Positions 63,617-64,000 of a stretch of DNA of 64,000 bases are shown piece by piece. The notes below the pieces were generated by a model. That model searched no databases. It had not been told where the DNA came from and worked only from the letters and a program-made list of their open reading frames with translations. Every line of letters begins with the position of its first letter. Positions within the stretch are counted from its first letter, which is position 1. Source of the stretch: an uncultured Phycisphaerales bacterium (lineage in GTDB: Bacteria > Planctomycetota > Phycisphaerae > Tepidisphaerales > Tepidisphaeraceae); NCBI GenBank assembly GCA_963844715.1, contig CAWJPJ010000006.1, forward strand, positions 928,001-992,000, given 5' to 3'. Position numbers and translations under genes: made by a program.

Positions 63617-63999
63617 GAAGAGACGGTCTGATACATCGCCGCCGGTTCGCGCTTCGGCGCTGTCACCGGCGCGCGATCCGTGTATGCAACGAGAATCACA
63701 TTGGTAAAGATCGGCCGCAGCGGCGCGCTTTGAGTGATCTTTTTCTGCCAGCGCCGCGGAAAGAGGCCGATGATCGCTTCCAGCCCAAAAACCAGCGATT
63801 GCGGCAGCCGCATGAATCGCCCCTTCAGCCCAGTCCAAACCCTCGTAAACGCAAATCCCGATCGCTTGAAAACCGCGTCCAGCTCGCGATAGGTATATTC
63901 CTTCAGGTGGAATCCGCACGCCTCGTCGGAAAAGAATTTCGAGATGTCGTGCGGCCCGGAATATCGGTGCGGCGTGATGCAGACATAGACGCCGCCGGG
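63613..63999 (-). CDS. Class I SAM-dependent methyltransferase, 5' partial
   Basis: Frame is open to the window edge: PGGVYVCITPHRYSGPHDIS...HLKEYTYREL. Confidence 0.65.
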   Translation of the reverse strand, partial: PGGVYVCITPHRYSGPHDISKFFSDEACGFHLKEYTYRELDAVFKRSGFAFTRVWTGLKGRFMRLPQSLVFGLEAIIGLFPRRWQKKITQSAPLRPIFTNVILVAYTDRAPVTAPKREPAAMYQTVSS

Positions 64000-64000
64000 A

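Overview
This is a GC-rich bacterial window, most likely Planctomycetota (Phycisphaerae-like). That assignment is an inference from LExRxL(L/F)-type secretion motifs, a CCCTCTCCC...GGGAGAGGG-type REP and the TPR-GT41 paralogues. Many genes, including dnaE and cmk, are split by 1-nt frameshifts, which is best explained by long-read indel errors. The coding content is: a tandem GTPase pair, a Ser/Thr kinase, spoVR, TPR-glycosyltransferases, dnaE, an Aer-like PAS sensor, two glycan-biosynthesis clusters (29.2-40.0 kb and 54.3-64 kb), a cyclophilin, plsC and cmk. Two complete IS5-family elements are present. Two non-coding systems stand out. (1) A 3.4-kb array of 27 tRNA genes (24626-28064) covers all 20 amino acids, has no encoded CCA, and shows recurrent non-canonical features. 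Two of its genes, Val-TAC and Gln-CTG, are interrupted by long hairpin inserts that share a covarying core motif, present three times. (2) A tRNA-Pro(CGG)-anchored stack of accessory cassettes (40.0-45.4 kb: gad plus MFS; TetR plus an SDR/epimerase) is delimited by tRNA-derived direct repeats and contains a probable recombinase C-terminal remnant, with no intact integrase in the window. All coordinates and alignments were read by eye.
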